From a virus (lineage: Duplodnaviria; Caudoviricetes): a stretch of DNA of 64,000 bases. Shown here in pieces: positions 48,328 through 57,180 of this stretch. The notes beneath the pieces were generated by a model. The model searched no databases and was not told the DNA's origin. It was given only the letters and a program-made list of their open reading frames with translations. The stretch lies in IMG/VR virus record IMGVR_UViG_3300047283_000054; one strand, written 5' to 3'. Position 1 is the first letter of the stretch, and each line of letters starts with the position of its first letter. The position numbers and the translations under genes are program-made.

Positions 48328-48725
48328 CGTTTATATCCTTTAAAGGCCTTCATTGGTGACTGTGTTAGTGCATCATCCATTTCATCACTTGTCGATGAGC
48401 TGACTGCTTTTTTACCTGACTTACCTATTTTACTTAATGCTTTATCAATCAGTTGTCCTACTTCAGGATCCATTGAACTAACAATTTGATGCTCCCCCCA
48501 TTCAGATTCAGCACGAAATTCAGGTTCAGAACCATTTTTAACATTATCGTTACCACTCTCTCCTCTGACTGCAGCCATCGCTACACCAAAACGGTATAGC
48601 TGATAAAAATCTTGATTTTGTAAATCAGGAATAATAAAAGTATTAGGCAGTGACTTTGCAACAATAGACAAACCATCGTGTACGTCATCTAATTTCTGTT
48701 CTACTATAAACTCTTTGGCTCTCAT
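48324..48725 (-). CDS. Small probable internal head protein, paralogue B
   Basis: MRAKEFIVE N-terminus; ends KAFKGYKR. Confidence 0.6.
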   Translation of the reverse strand: MRAKEFIVEQKLDDVHDGLSIVAKSLPNTFIIPDLQNQDFYQLYRFGVAMAAVRGESGNDNVKNGSEPEFRAESEWGEHQIVSSMDPEVGQLIDKALSKIGKSGKKAVSSSTSDEMDDALTQSPMKAFKGYKR

Positions 48726-48726
48726 C

Positions 48727-49548
48727 TTAATTTTCTGTAGTTAAGATATCATTATTCTCTGTGCCCAACACAGAATCAACATATCCATTTAGACCAATAT
48801 CAACACCAGGTGTTATTTCACCAATGAATGTAACCTGAGATGCTATAAAGTGTAGTATGAATGTGTTTGCAATAGGATTAGCAAGAATTCTAACATTACC
48901 ACCTGACACATCCATATCGTAACGTGTCAATGCATTGCCTGCAAAAGTCATAGCATAACCAGTGAATTTCACTGCGTCATTGTTGTTTGTAAGTTGTGCT
49001 GAAATTGTGATATCTTGACTATCAGGAGTTCCTGGATCGCTTGAACGAATTTGGAACATACCTTGAGTAAATGCATTTGCAGGATATTCATATATGACTT
49101 GTCCTGCAGTTAATCCGCTTGTGTAAACATTACTTGTATTAACAGTAGTAAAGAATAGATTACTAAAGTTGTTATTAATTTTACCAAACGCAACTCGTAA
49201 AGGATCTCCTAAACCATCATTGGGTGTTACACCAATGTTAATGTATTCTTGTGCTCCGTACGGACCTTCGGTTGTAGTAAATGACAATAACTGAGGTTCA
49301 GCTGGAGTAGAATCTGAGATAATATTAGTGTTGAAAACAACTTGACCAATATTTAAAATATTCTGTGTGCCACCGTTGTTGGATACGGTTGCTTCAGGGA
49401 ATTGTGAGGAATCAATCAACTCTACATTGGCACCTATTGTGGTGAATAAGTTAGCAAAATTGTTGTTAATTTTGTCGAAGGCTAAACGGAGTGGATCACC
49501 GGAACCATCGTTCGGTATTTCACCTGTTTCAATAACTTCTTGTGTCAT
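48727..49548 (-). CDS. Baseplate wedge/tail-fibre connector-like protein (T4 gp9/gp10 N-terminal motif, duplicated)
   Basis: Two copies of G-x-x-PNDGxGDPLRxAFxKINNNFxNLF. Confidence 0.65.
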   Translation of the reverse strand: MTQEVIETGEIPNDGSGDPLRLAFDKINNNFANLFTTIGANVELIDSSQFPEATVSNNGGTQNILNIGQVVFNTNIISDSTPAEPQLLSFTTTEGPYGAQEYINIGVTPNDGLGDPLRVAFGKINNNFSNLFFTTVNTSNVYTSGLTAGQVIYEYPANAFTQGMFQIRSSDPGTPDSQDITISAQLTNNNDAVKFTGYAMTFAGNALTRYDMDVSGGNVRILANPIANTFILHFIASQVTFIGEITPGVDIGLNGYVDSVLGTENNDILTTEN

Positions 49549-49575
49549 TATAATTCCTAGACTATAATGTATTTA

Positions 49576-49848
49576 TCAGTTTCCAAACATACCTTTGGGT
49601 TGTTGTATGATAATAGGACGCTTACTACGCTGGATTTCTTGTAGTGCTTTGATAGCTTGTATCTTTACTTGATTATCTGAACTCTTAACCATTTCGGTCA
49701 AGGCTGCTATACGTGCGGCTTCTGCTACAGTAGCATCTCTACTTAATGACTTCTGTGCTTCTACATAGACTGGATAATTGTCTACTGTTGCACACCCGGT
49801 CAATAAACATAATGCTAATAATATACTACTATTTTGCAATGTTATCAT
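49576..49848 (-). CDS. Lipoprotein
   Basis: Lipobox LLTGC after a hydrophobic stretch. Confidence 0.6.
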   Translation of the reverse strand: MITLQNSSILLALCLLTGCATVDNYPVYVEAQKSLSRDATVAEAARIAALTEMVKSSDNQVKIQAIKALQEIQRSKRPIIIQQPKGMFGN

Positions 49849-50092
49849 AGATTTTCTTCTGTGCGTTGTACCAATCTTGCCAACCATCTACTTTGGCACT
49901 GCATTCCCAATACAATGAGTAGTTATGGATTATAACTTTCATCATTTCGGTAATAGCTACTTTGTCACCCTCAATCTTTTTGAGGTCTTCACATTTCTTC
50001 ATTAATTCAGGAGTAGCGTTTGGGAACTTCTGAGTTACGGGAACTGTCGTAGAACAACCGGCTAATAATAGAAGTATTAATAGATATTTCAT
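49829..50092 (-). CDS. o-spanin (Rz1-like) lipoprotein
   Basis: MKYLLILLLLAGC lipobox; Pro-containing segment and Cys pair; follows the i-spanin. Confidence 0.75.
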   Translation of the reverse strand: MKYLLILLLLAGCSTTVPVTQKFPNATPELMKKCEDLKKIEGDKVAITEMMKVIIHNYSLYWECSAKVDGWQDWYNAQKKIYDNIAK

Positions 50093-50547
50093 TTTGTAGC
50101 AGCCTTATTCAACTCAGCGGCTTGATTGTGTAAGTCTATGATTTCTTTAGGGACAGGGCAGTTTTCTACATACTTGATAACTTCTTCTTTTTTGACTACT
50201 TCTTTATCAATGTATTTGATAATGTCTTTACCCTTTTCACGGATCACTTTAGTCTTTGTTACAATCTTTTCCTGTATTTCTACATTCTTGTTTGCAGATT
50301 CAGCTTCAGCCTTTGCAACTTTAGCTTCCATCTCTTTTACTCTAAGTTCCCATTCTTTATAGTCGGCCAAACCGCCCTCAAGATAGACACCAAAGACTAA
50401 TACAACTAAACTAATTATTTGTATAGCTAATCTGTAGGTTTTAATGAAGGGAATGAATCCTAGGACGAATCCTGCTATTGTGCCCAAAATACCCAATCCA
50501 AAGATTGTATGTATTGCGGCTTCTGGTAGTATTGATAGTATCCACAT
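50089..50547 (-). CDS. i-spanin (Rz-like) inner-membrane protein
   Basis: N-terminal TM helices, periplasmic coiled coil, CPVPKEIIDLHN. Confidence 0.7.
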   Translation of the reverse strand: MWILSILPEAAIHTIFGLGILGTIAGFVLGFIPFIKTYRLAIQIISLVVLVFGVYLEGGLADYKEWELRVKEMEAKVAKAEAESANKNVEIQEKIVTKTKVIREKGKDIIKYIDKEVVKKEEVIKYVENCPVPKEIIDLHNQAAELNKAATK

Positions 50548-50558
50548 AAACTTATTTA

Positions 50559-51797
50559 TCAGGTTAATCGCAAATTGTTTAATTCAACGTTGACATTTTT
50601 AAGATAAAAATCTCTATTTTTATCAAACACATCGTTCATTTGAAAGAACCTAGACAGATTATTAGTATAGTCAACATCGGTGTGACATTTAGTTTTTATG
50701 ACCTGCATCTTTTTAAAAAAACTAGGGGCTTGAAATTCAGTGTTTTTAATCATCCATTCTTCTATTTTAAACCAGCAATCTTTTTTATAGTTCAACGGTA
50801 AATTTATACAGTCCAAATGATTAGGGAGTTGCAAATTTATAGGTAATATACTAACTTTTGTAGTTCCTGCAATTCTATTAAAATTTTCAAAATAGTCAAA
50901 TAATTCTACAAGTTTATTCAGATTCGTAATCTGTATGACAGGAGATGGTTTTAATGTAATATTATCAAAATTCTCTACTAGATAATGAAAATTCTTATCT
51001 ATTTGTTTCCAATTGCTAGGATAACGTATATATTCTTGCAACGACCCCACACCGTCAATACTTGCATAAAAAGTTACGTTTTCAAATTCTTTAATGAGAG
51101 AATAGAATTTTTGATTGAGATTAGTCATGTTAGAATTTATAACTAATCTCATATGTTTACTACGTCCACTAGACACTAACTTATCTAAAATTTCATAATT
51201 TTTTTTAACAATAGTAGGTTCACCACCTGTAATATACATCTGTAATAGATTCTCTAACTGCGTATTGATATTATCTTCAAATATAAAAGTTTGATACCAA
51301 TCATTTATAGTTGTCGTATCTATAGGTTCGTAGAAGGTATTTAATTTAGTATGTTTCAATTCATCTAGTTCTTTTGCTAGTTGACTTGAATATAATGCAT
51401 TACAACTTTTACAAGCTAGATTACATAAGTTTCCAAAGCGCAAATCAATATCCAAGATTCTAGCATCGATAATAGAACCCTGCGCTATTTTTTCTTGTGT
51501 GATTATATTATCAAGCCATCGTTCATTATACATTTGTCGTTTACTTGATTCATCACCAAATTCTTCACTTTGATAACATCGATTACATCCTGATACCTTC
51601 TCACCTGCTAACATCTTTTCTCGTATGTTTACATAGTCAGGTGAGTTAATTATATCTGTTATATTGTCATAACCTAAATTAAATTTATCACCGTTATTTT
51701 TTTTAATTGGTTCTGTTGATATACAGCATGGTTTAATGCTACCATCAGAATCAGCACTTATGTTAATCCAAGGCATTACACAAAAAGTTTTATTCAC
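50559..51797 (-). CDS. Radical SAM protein with N-terminal twitch/SPASM domain
   Basis: FCVMPW...KPCC...GCNRC; CNLACKSC; TGGEP; ASIDG. Confidence 0.9.
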   Translation of the reverse strand: MNKTFCVMPWINISADSDGSIKPCCISTEPIKKNNGDKFNLGYDNITDIINSPDYVNIREKMLAGEKVSGCNRCYQSEEFGDESSKRQMYNERWLDNIITQEKIAQGSIIDARILDIDLRFGNLCNLACKSCNALYSSQLAKELDELKHTKLNTFYEPIDTTTINDWYQTFIFEDNINTQLENLLQMYITGGEPTIVKKNYEILDKLVSSGRSKHMRLVINSNMTNLNQKFYSLIKEFENVTFYASIDGVGSLQEYIRYPSNWKQIDKNFHYLVENFDNITLKPSPVIQITNLNKLVELFDYFENFNRIAGTTKVSILPINLQLPNHLDCINLPLNYKKDCWFKIEEWMIKNTEFQAPSFFKKMQVIKTKCHTDVDYTNNLSRFFQMNDVFDKNRDFYLKNVNVELNNLRLT

Positions 51798-52768
51798 GGT
51801 GCAACCTTATACGTTCCTAGATTAATAGCACAATGACATTCTCTGTATGGACAACTAATAGGATCTTTTTCAAAGCTAAATGTGTCTGTGTTTAAATCTG
51901 CCATCATTGTTCCGGCACCACATATACCTCTATATACTTTATCATATTCTATTCTAGCATTATCTACACCAATATTGCATTTCCAATTTTTGAATAGATT
52001 TCTCCTATCCTTCATTATTTTCTGAGCAGTTTCAATTTCTTCAATACTTCCATCACTATATGTGAATTTTAATTGAGAATTTAATTGCATATCAACGGGT
52101 AATTCAGTTTTGCATTTATCTTCATACTTGTTACCATAATACAATGTTTGTTTTCGTAGCTTAGCCAATTGTTCCGGTGTATATAGTTCGTAAATATCAT
52201 ATGCAACGATAGTCATTGCTTTACTATAAATCAATGCTCCTGTATTCTCAACAAAATAATCTACTGCATCAAATGCTTCTTCTACGGTTTTAATAACATG
52301 TGTTACCAAACATACAGTTTTAATAGGTTCGTTATGGAATAAATTTAATACTTTTGAAATGTGTTCTCTATCAGCTTTCTGTTCAGTATGAAAAGTTACA
52401 TATAAATGATCCAATGACTTTGATTCTTTGAATTCTTCCCACCATCTTAATGTGCGTGTTCCGTTGGTCACTATCCCAGTATATACACCTTTTGATTTAA
52501 TATATTTAAAAAGATCAATTAGTTTTGGATACAATGTAGGTTCGCCTCCTGTAAACTGTATCCATAATGGTTGTCCATTTGAAGCTGAAACCATCTTATC
52601 TATATACATCTTGTATGTGTCCAAGTCTCTCCATCTATCACTACCGTTTTTATGTTCTTCTCCGCAAAAACTACAATCATAGTTACAAACATTATGTAGT
52701 TTCCACTCAATGAATTTAAATTTAGGCGTAACTAATTTTTCTAATTTAATTGGAAATATCTTCATCAA
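51794..52768 (-). CDS. Radical SAM protein
   Basis: CNYDCSFC, FTGGEPT, TNG; C-terminal Cys cluster. Confidence 0.9.
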   Translation of the reverse strand: MMKIFPIKLEKLVTPKFKFIEWKLHNVCNYDCSFCGEEHKNGSDRWRDLDTYKMYIDKMVSASNGQPLWIQFTGGEPTLYPKLIDLFKYIKSKGVYTGIVTNGTRTLRWWEEFKESKSLDHLYVTFHTEQKADREHISKVLNLFHNEPIKTVCLVTHVIKTVEEAFDAVDYFVENTGALIYSKAMTIVAYDIYELYTPEQLAKLRKQTLYYGNKYEDKCKTELPVDMQLNSQLKFTYSDGSIEEIETAQKIMKDRRNLFKNWKCNIGVDNARIEYDKVYRGICGAGTMMADLNTDTFSFEKDPISCPYRECHCAINLGTYKVAP

Positions 52769-53830
52769 CTATTTATAAAACCCTACAACCTTATCAGCAA
52801 TATATTGAACTTCAATATCGGTTAATTCTGGGTACATAGGTAGACTTAGTGCGCCCCTAGACAACATTACACTAGTACTTAACAAATCAGGTCTACTAAT
52901 GTTTCTATCTTGTGCGGTTGGTAAATCACCTAACACATATTCATAATGAATCTTACTATCGATTCCATCAGTTAGTAAATGCGTGTGTAAGCTATTACGA
53001 TCAGCCATATATACTACAAATTTCTGATGTGCGTGTGGGTCTACTGTATCTGATAAACAATGTAATGGTAGTTCTCTAAATTTATCACACCAATACTTTG
53101 CTATCTCACCTCTACGATTTTGCCACTCATCAATATACTTTGCACGAATCATAATCTGGGCACAATCTTGTTCGCTCATCTTACTATTAGTTCCCACATC
53201 ATGGAATGCAGGTTTGTTGTTGTCTCTATATGTTGCGGCAAACAAATATAATTGTTCATCATTGGTAACGATAGCACCACCGTTACCTGAGCTTGGTAAA
53301 TTCTTTGTAGGGTCAAAGCTGATTGACATACCACTACCTACATCACCGGCGGCAACTAACCAATGTTGTGCTCCATCTACAATAACAGCGTTGGCACTAG
53401 CATATCCTGCAATAGGCCAAGGTTTGCGACCACCATATCCCATTACACAAGTGTACCCTTTCAGACTATTCTCTACATCAATGACACCATTCTTATCAGT
53501 GTCAACTAACTCTACATCCCATCCTGCAGTCAGTAATGAGTTTAGTGTTGCTGGATAAGTTAAATTAGGAATACGAATCTTAGGAGTATTTTTAAATGTG
53601 TCTAAGTGTTTCTTTTTCTTATATCTTGCAATAATCTCTAATGCTTGTGTGCCACTATGTACTGTTACCGCATACTTTGTTTTAGTACGATGTTTAAGCC
53701 ATTCTTCAAACGAGCGGGTATAATGACCACCCACAAGTTGTCCGTCTTTAAGGGCACGGTGAGTTGCATCAAGCAACTCTTCACCGATGTTCTTATACTG
53801 TCTTGCTAGACCGAAGTGAGGGATTTGCAT
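52769..53830 (-). CDS. DegT/DnrJ/EryC1/StrS PLP-dependent sugar aminotransferase
   Basis: SGTQAL, DGAQ, SFDPTKNL (PLP Lys) and LSLPMYPEL motifs. Confidence 0.9.
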   Translation of the reverse strand: MQIPHFGLARQYKNIGEELLDATHRALKDGQLVGGHYTRSFEEWLKHRTKTKYAVTVHSGTQALEIIARYKKKKHLDTFKNTPKIRIPNLTYPATLNSLLTAGWDVELVDTDKNGVIDVENSLKGYTCVMGYGGRKPWPIAGYASANAVIVDGAQHWLVAAGDVGSGMSISFDPTKNLPSSGNGGAIVTNDEQLYLFAATYRDNNKPAFHDVGTNSKMSEQDCAQIMIRAKYIDEWQNRRGEIAKYWCDKFRELPLHCLSDTVDPHAHQKFVVYMADRNSLHTHLLTDGIDSKIHYEYVLGDLPTAQDRNISRPDLLSTSVMLSRGALSLPMYPELTDIEVQYIADKVVGFYK

Positions 53831-54002
53831 TTTTTGCCCAAGCTATATATCCGCCATTAGCAACAGACCATGGGCAATACTGTTCCCATAGTGCTTTTGA
53901 TTGTTCAGTATTTTCTTTCATCAACTTGTCTACATTGACTCTGGATTTATATCCGTCTAGAGTCCAATCATGTGCTTTTAGTACAGTTTCTAATTCATTC
54001 AT
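53793..54002 (-). CDS. Small hypothetical protein
   Basis: Coupled ORF; LKAHDW...LWEQYCP. Confidence 0.55.
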   Translation of the reverse strand: MNELETVLKAHDWTLDGYKSRVNVDKLMKENTEQSKALWEQYCPWSVANGGYIAWAKNANPSLRSSKTV

Positions 54003-54967
54003 TTTATTTTATCTTGCCAGTAACTGGATGTTCTAAGCCAATCATAATATTTTTCAAAGCCTTCTTCTACGTCTACCTTAGGATCATATCCAAAGTCTCT
54101 ACGAGCGGCATCGATGTTTAATGCACCACGACTTGGGAAGTCAGCGTCTTTATCTTTAACTATTAATCGCCCTCCACCGGCTAACTTCAATGCTAGTTGT
54201 GCGGCTTCTAACAATGTACGACTGTGACTCTTAGTTATATTATATGTCTTGTTCTCTGTATTATCGCTTAATGCTGCCGCAACAATACCATCTGCGGCGT
54301 CATCAACATAAGTAAAGTCTAATGTTTCATTAGCACCATTAACATTCAATGTGCCTCCACGCATTGCTGTTAACATAAACTTGGCAATCACACGATCCTC
54401 AACATCTAACGGACCATAGACAGCACTAGGGCGAATGATAGTATGACTAAAGCATTTACGGCGACTATAATCTTCTACTAATCGTTCTCCTGCTAGTTTC
54501 ATAATGCCATACTGACCTTGAGGTTTACAGTTATAATCTTCTGTTACATCATCAGTAAAGTCACCATATACCATTGAACTACTGATATAAACAAATTTCT
54601 TTATTTCATGTTTCTTACTAACTTCACACAAATTCAATAGACCTTCCATCATTGTTTTTGCTCCCATAGTTGGATTAGCATTAACAACTTTTTGTCTTGG
54701 GAAGCTAGCCATATGAATTACAATATCAAACTTGTATCGACCAAATAACCAATCAATGCTTTCGCTAGAAATGTCAATAGCGTGAATACTGCCGGGTTGA
54801 ATTTTCTTCAACCGTTCTGTCATTAGATAGTCAATTTCATCTTGCGGAATGATGCCATAGTTAGTTCGTATATCGGTAATAGCAACACGGTGCCCCATAC
54901 GTTGTAATCTATCTACTACGTTATGTCCAATAAGTCCTAATCCGCCTGTAACTAATATATTACTCAT
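53999..54967 (-). CDS. NAD-dependent NDP-sugar epimerase/dehydratase
   Basis: TGGLGLIG, SSSMVYG, YGIMK (YxxxK) and DFTYVDD motifs. Confidence 0.92.
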   Translation of the reverse strand: MSNILVTGGLGLIGHNVVDRLQRMGHRVAITDIRTNYGIIPQDEIDYLMTERLKKIQPGSIHAIDISSESIDWLFGRYKFDIVIHMASFPRQKVVNANPTMGAKTMMEGLLNLCEVSKKHEIKKFVYISSSMVYGDFTDDVTEDYNCKPQGQYGIMKLAGERLVEDYSRRKCFSHTIIRPSAVYGPLDVEDRVIAKFMLTAMRGGTLNVNGANETLDFTYVDDAADGIVAAALSDNTENKTYNITKSHSRTLLEAAQLALKLAGGGRLIVKDKDADFPSRGALNIDAARRDFGYDPKVDVEEGFEKYYDWLRTSSYWQDKIK

Positions 54968-55292
54968 ATTTTAATTTCCAAAATGTTAATTGTTTGTGTG
55001 TTAGATATGCTCTAATCTGATATACATAACTATAATCGTATAGATCGTTGTTACGATGCCAACTGGGTGTGGGATTAGAGTTTTCCATTATCCACTTACC
55101 TTCTTCTGTTTGTTGCCATTCATATATAGGTTGTGCCACCATTAGATCAGGATCTTCAACATCACCCATTCTAATAGTATGAACCACCTGAGTAATAGAT
55201 ACTGATTCTTCTCCTATATCAGATACTCGTACTTGATACTTGGGTCTATTAAATTCGTCTTTAGACTGCCATTGATGCTTTGATAGGGCCAT
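54960..55292 (-). CDS. Small hypothetical protein
   Basis: DVEDPDL...WQQTEEGKWIM; ends TFWKLKYE. Confidence 0.65.
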   Translation of the reverse strand: MALSKHQWQSKDEFNRPKYQVRVSDIGEESVSITQVVHTIRMGDVEDPDLMVAQPIYEWQQTEEGKWIMENSNPTPSWHRNNDLYDYSYVYQIRAYLTHKQLTFWKLKYE

Positions 55293-56160
55293 GACTTTGA
55301 TAGTTCTCTAAATGAATGTCTTCCATTTTTATTTCAAAAATGTTATTCTTTTCTGCATTTAACATCAATGTAGGCAATGGATAAGTTTCACGCTGTAATT
55401 GTTCTTTGACTTGTTCAATATGATCTTTATAGATATGAGTATCACCTGTACTGATAACAAGCTCACCTACTTTTAGATTACAGTGATGTGCCAATAGATG
55501 TGTAAGTAATGCATAAGAAGCAATGTTAAAAGGTAAGCCCAAGAAAACATCAACGCTACGCTGATACATATGGCAAGATAGTTCTTTATTTTTGTTGACA
55601 TAGAATTGACTCATAACGTGACAAGGGGGCAAGGCCATTTCGTCTAACTCGCTCACGTTCCAGGCACTTAGAATGTGTCTGCGCCCATTAGGATCTTCAG
55701 TTAATCCTTTAATGAGATTTGCCAATTGGTCGACTTCTGTTTGGTCAACAGCGAGGCGTGTGCCACCTTTGTGCGCTTTGCCCATGTCTTTCTCTGTGCG
55801 ATACTTGTTCCAGTGACGCCATTGTACCCCATAGACACGACCGAGATCACCTTCGAATTTCGCTTTGTGTTTCCAATACGGAGCCTCTGCATTCGGGGTC
55901 CAGATAGTAGCCGTTCCTTCACGTGTACCGTGGGTGATCTCTGCCAGTCTACGTTCATCACTAGACCCTTCAATAAACCAGAGAAGCTCACCGACGCAAG
56001 CTTTCCAAGCAAGTTTCTTAGTAGTGACTGCGGGAAAGCCCCTACGCAAATCAAAGCGAAGATGACGTCCAAACACACTATGAGTGCCAATACCAGTTCT
56101 ATCATCTTTAATTTCTCCGTTATCTAAAATATCTTGTAGAAGTTCTAAATACTGTTTCAT
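55261..56160 (-). CDS. thyA: Thymidylate synthase
   Basis: DRTGIGT, ELLWF, YGVQWR, LPPCH, YQRSVDVFLGLPFNIASY and HIY motifs. Confidence 0.96.
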   Translation of the reverse strand: MKQYLELLQDILDNGEIKDDRTGIGTHSVFGRHLRFDLRRGFPAVTTKKLAWKACVGELLWFIEGSSDERRLAEITHGTREGTATIWTPNAEAPYWKHKAKFEGDLGRVYGVQWRHWNKYRTEKDMGKAHKGGTRLAVDQTEVDQLANLIKGLTEDPNGRRHILSAWNVSELDEMALPPCHVMSQFYVNKNKELSCHMYQRSVDVFLGLPFNIASYALLTHLLAHHCNLKVGELVISTGDTHIYKDHIEQVKEQLQRETYPLPTLMLNAEKNNIFEIKMEDIHLENYQSHGPIKASMAV

Positions 56161-56453
56161 AATTTACCTAATAGTCTGTCTGTCTCTGGTTGTACGGTGT
56201 CTGCAATACTTTGAACGTTGAGAACAAATTCTACACTCACTATTAGTTCATCTAGTTCATCTAGTTTGCGACTGACTGCTTCTTCTATTTGGTCTGGGTC
56301 TAATCCTTGTGATAGAAATTTTTGAATATTGATAGTCTGTTGTTTTTTACCTTGAAGTTTGATAATCAACTTCTTAATAAATTCTACAGGTATTTTATTC
56401 TTTTCTACATCTTCAAGGATATGTTCCCATTTTGAAATGAATTCTGGTGACAT
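56157..56453 (-). CDS. Hypothetical protein
   Basis: Coupled ORF. Confidence 0.65.
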   Translation of the reverse strand: MSPEFISKWEHILEDVEKNKIPVEFIKKLIIKLQGKKQQTINIQKFLSQGLDPDQIEEAVSRKLDELDELIVSVEFVLNVQSIADTVQPETDRLLGKL

Positions 56454-57118
56454 TAGACACTAACTTTTGCTCTTGGTTTTTTAACTTTAACTGGTTTTGT
56501 TTCTATAACTGCAGGTTCTGCAATAGTAGGATCTAAACTTTTTGCCTCATCGGTCAAACGCTTTGCTTCTGCTAGTAAGCCTTTAGCTTCACGTTCCATT
56601 TTTTGTGCTTGCTCTAATCGTTGTTTTGCTAGTGAAGCATCACCAAGTAAATCACCAGTTGGTGTTACTGGGTTTTGATTGCCACGCATTCTACGAACTA
56701 CATCAGCCGGATCTTGCATTCCACGACTGTCATCTAATTCTTGCAAACGCTTAACTGCGCTTTCACCTTGTTGCATCTCATCTAGTATCTTATTCAATTC
56801 ATCTAATCGAATTGTTTGATTTGGTGAGGGTGTCATAACAATTGCCGATGTTTGAACCTTCTTTAGTTGACCCTCTAAGTGTAATACCTGTAGAATTGGT
56901 CTACCATCTTTGGCATATGTTCTATTCAATGCGTCTGCTAAATGTTCGCTATTTTGTCCAATATCACTCTCAATGCATTTGATTAGTGGATCGTGAACGT
57001 GCTGATTTAATGTCTCTGTATATGTGACTAAGCACATATGAACTTCATTAGGCACTTCTCGAAATACTATTGCGACTTTCCTATCTCCGTGTTTACCAAC
57101 GTGTCGTGTAAAACTCAT
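56453..57118 (-). CDS. Hypothetical protein with C-terminal coiled coil
   Basis: Strong SD GAGGAG. Confidence 0.7.
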   Translation of the reverse strand: MSFTRHVGKHGDRKVAIVFREVPNEVHMCLVTYTETLNQHVHDPLIKCIESDIGQNSEHLADALNRTYAKDGRPILQVLHLEGQLKKVQTSAIVMTPSPNQTIRLDELNKILDEMQQGESAVKRLQELDDSRGMQDPADVVRRMRGNQNPVTPTGDLLGDASLAKQRLEQAQKMEREAKGLLAEAKRLTDEAKSLDPTIAEPAVIETKPVKVKKPRAKVSV

Positions 57119-57180
57119 AGTTGTGTTCTCCTCTTATATAAGCTTAAGATATTTAATACAAATTAATGTATCAAATATTT

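Noticed and set aside
55701-56127. Overlapping 133-134 aa ORFs within thyA
   Set aside because: They follow from locally higher GC content, and the translations show no protein-like motifs or translation signals.
55261-56160. thyA next to sugar-modifying genes as a possible dCMP/dUMP hydroxymethylase for DNA hypermodification
   Set aside because: It keeps canonical ThyA motifs, including the dUMP-specifying Asn in GLPFNIASY, so it reads as an ordinary thymidylate synthase. It is also uninterrupted, with no intron.
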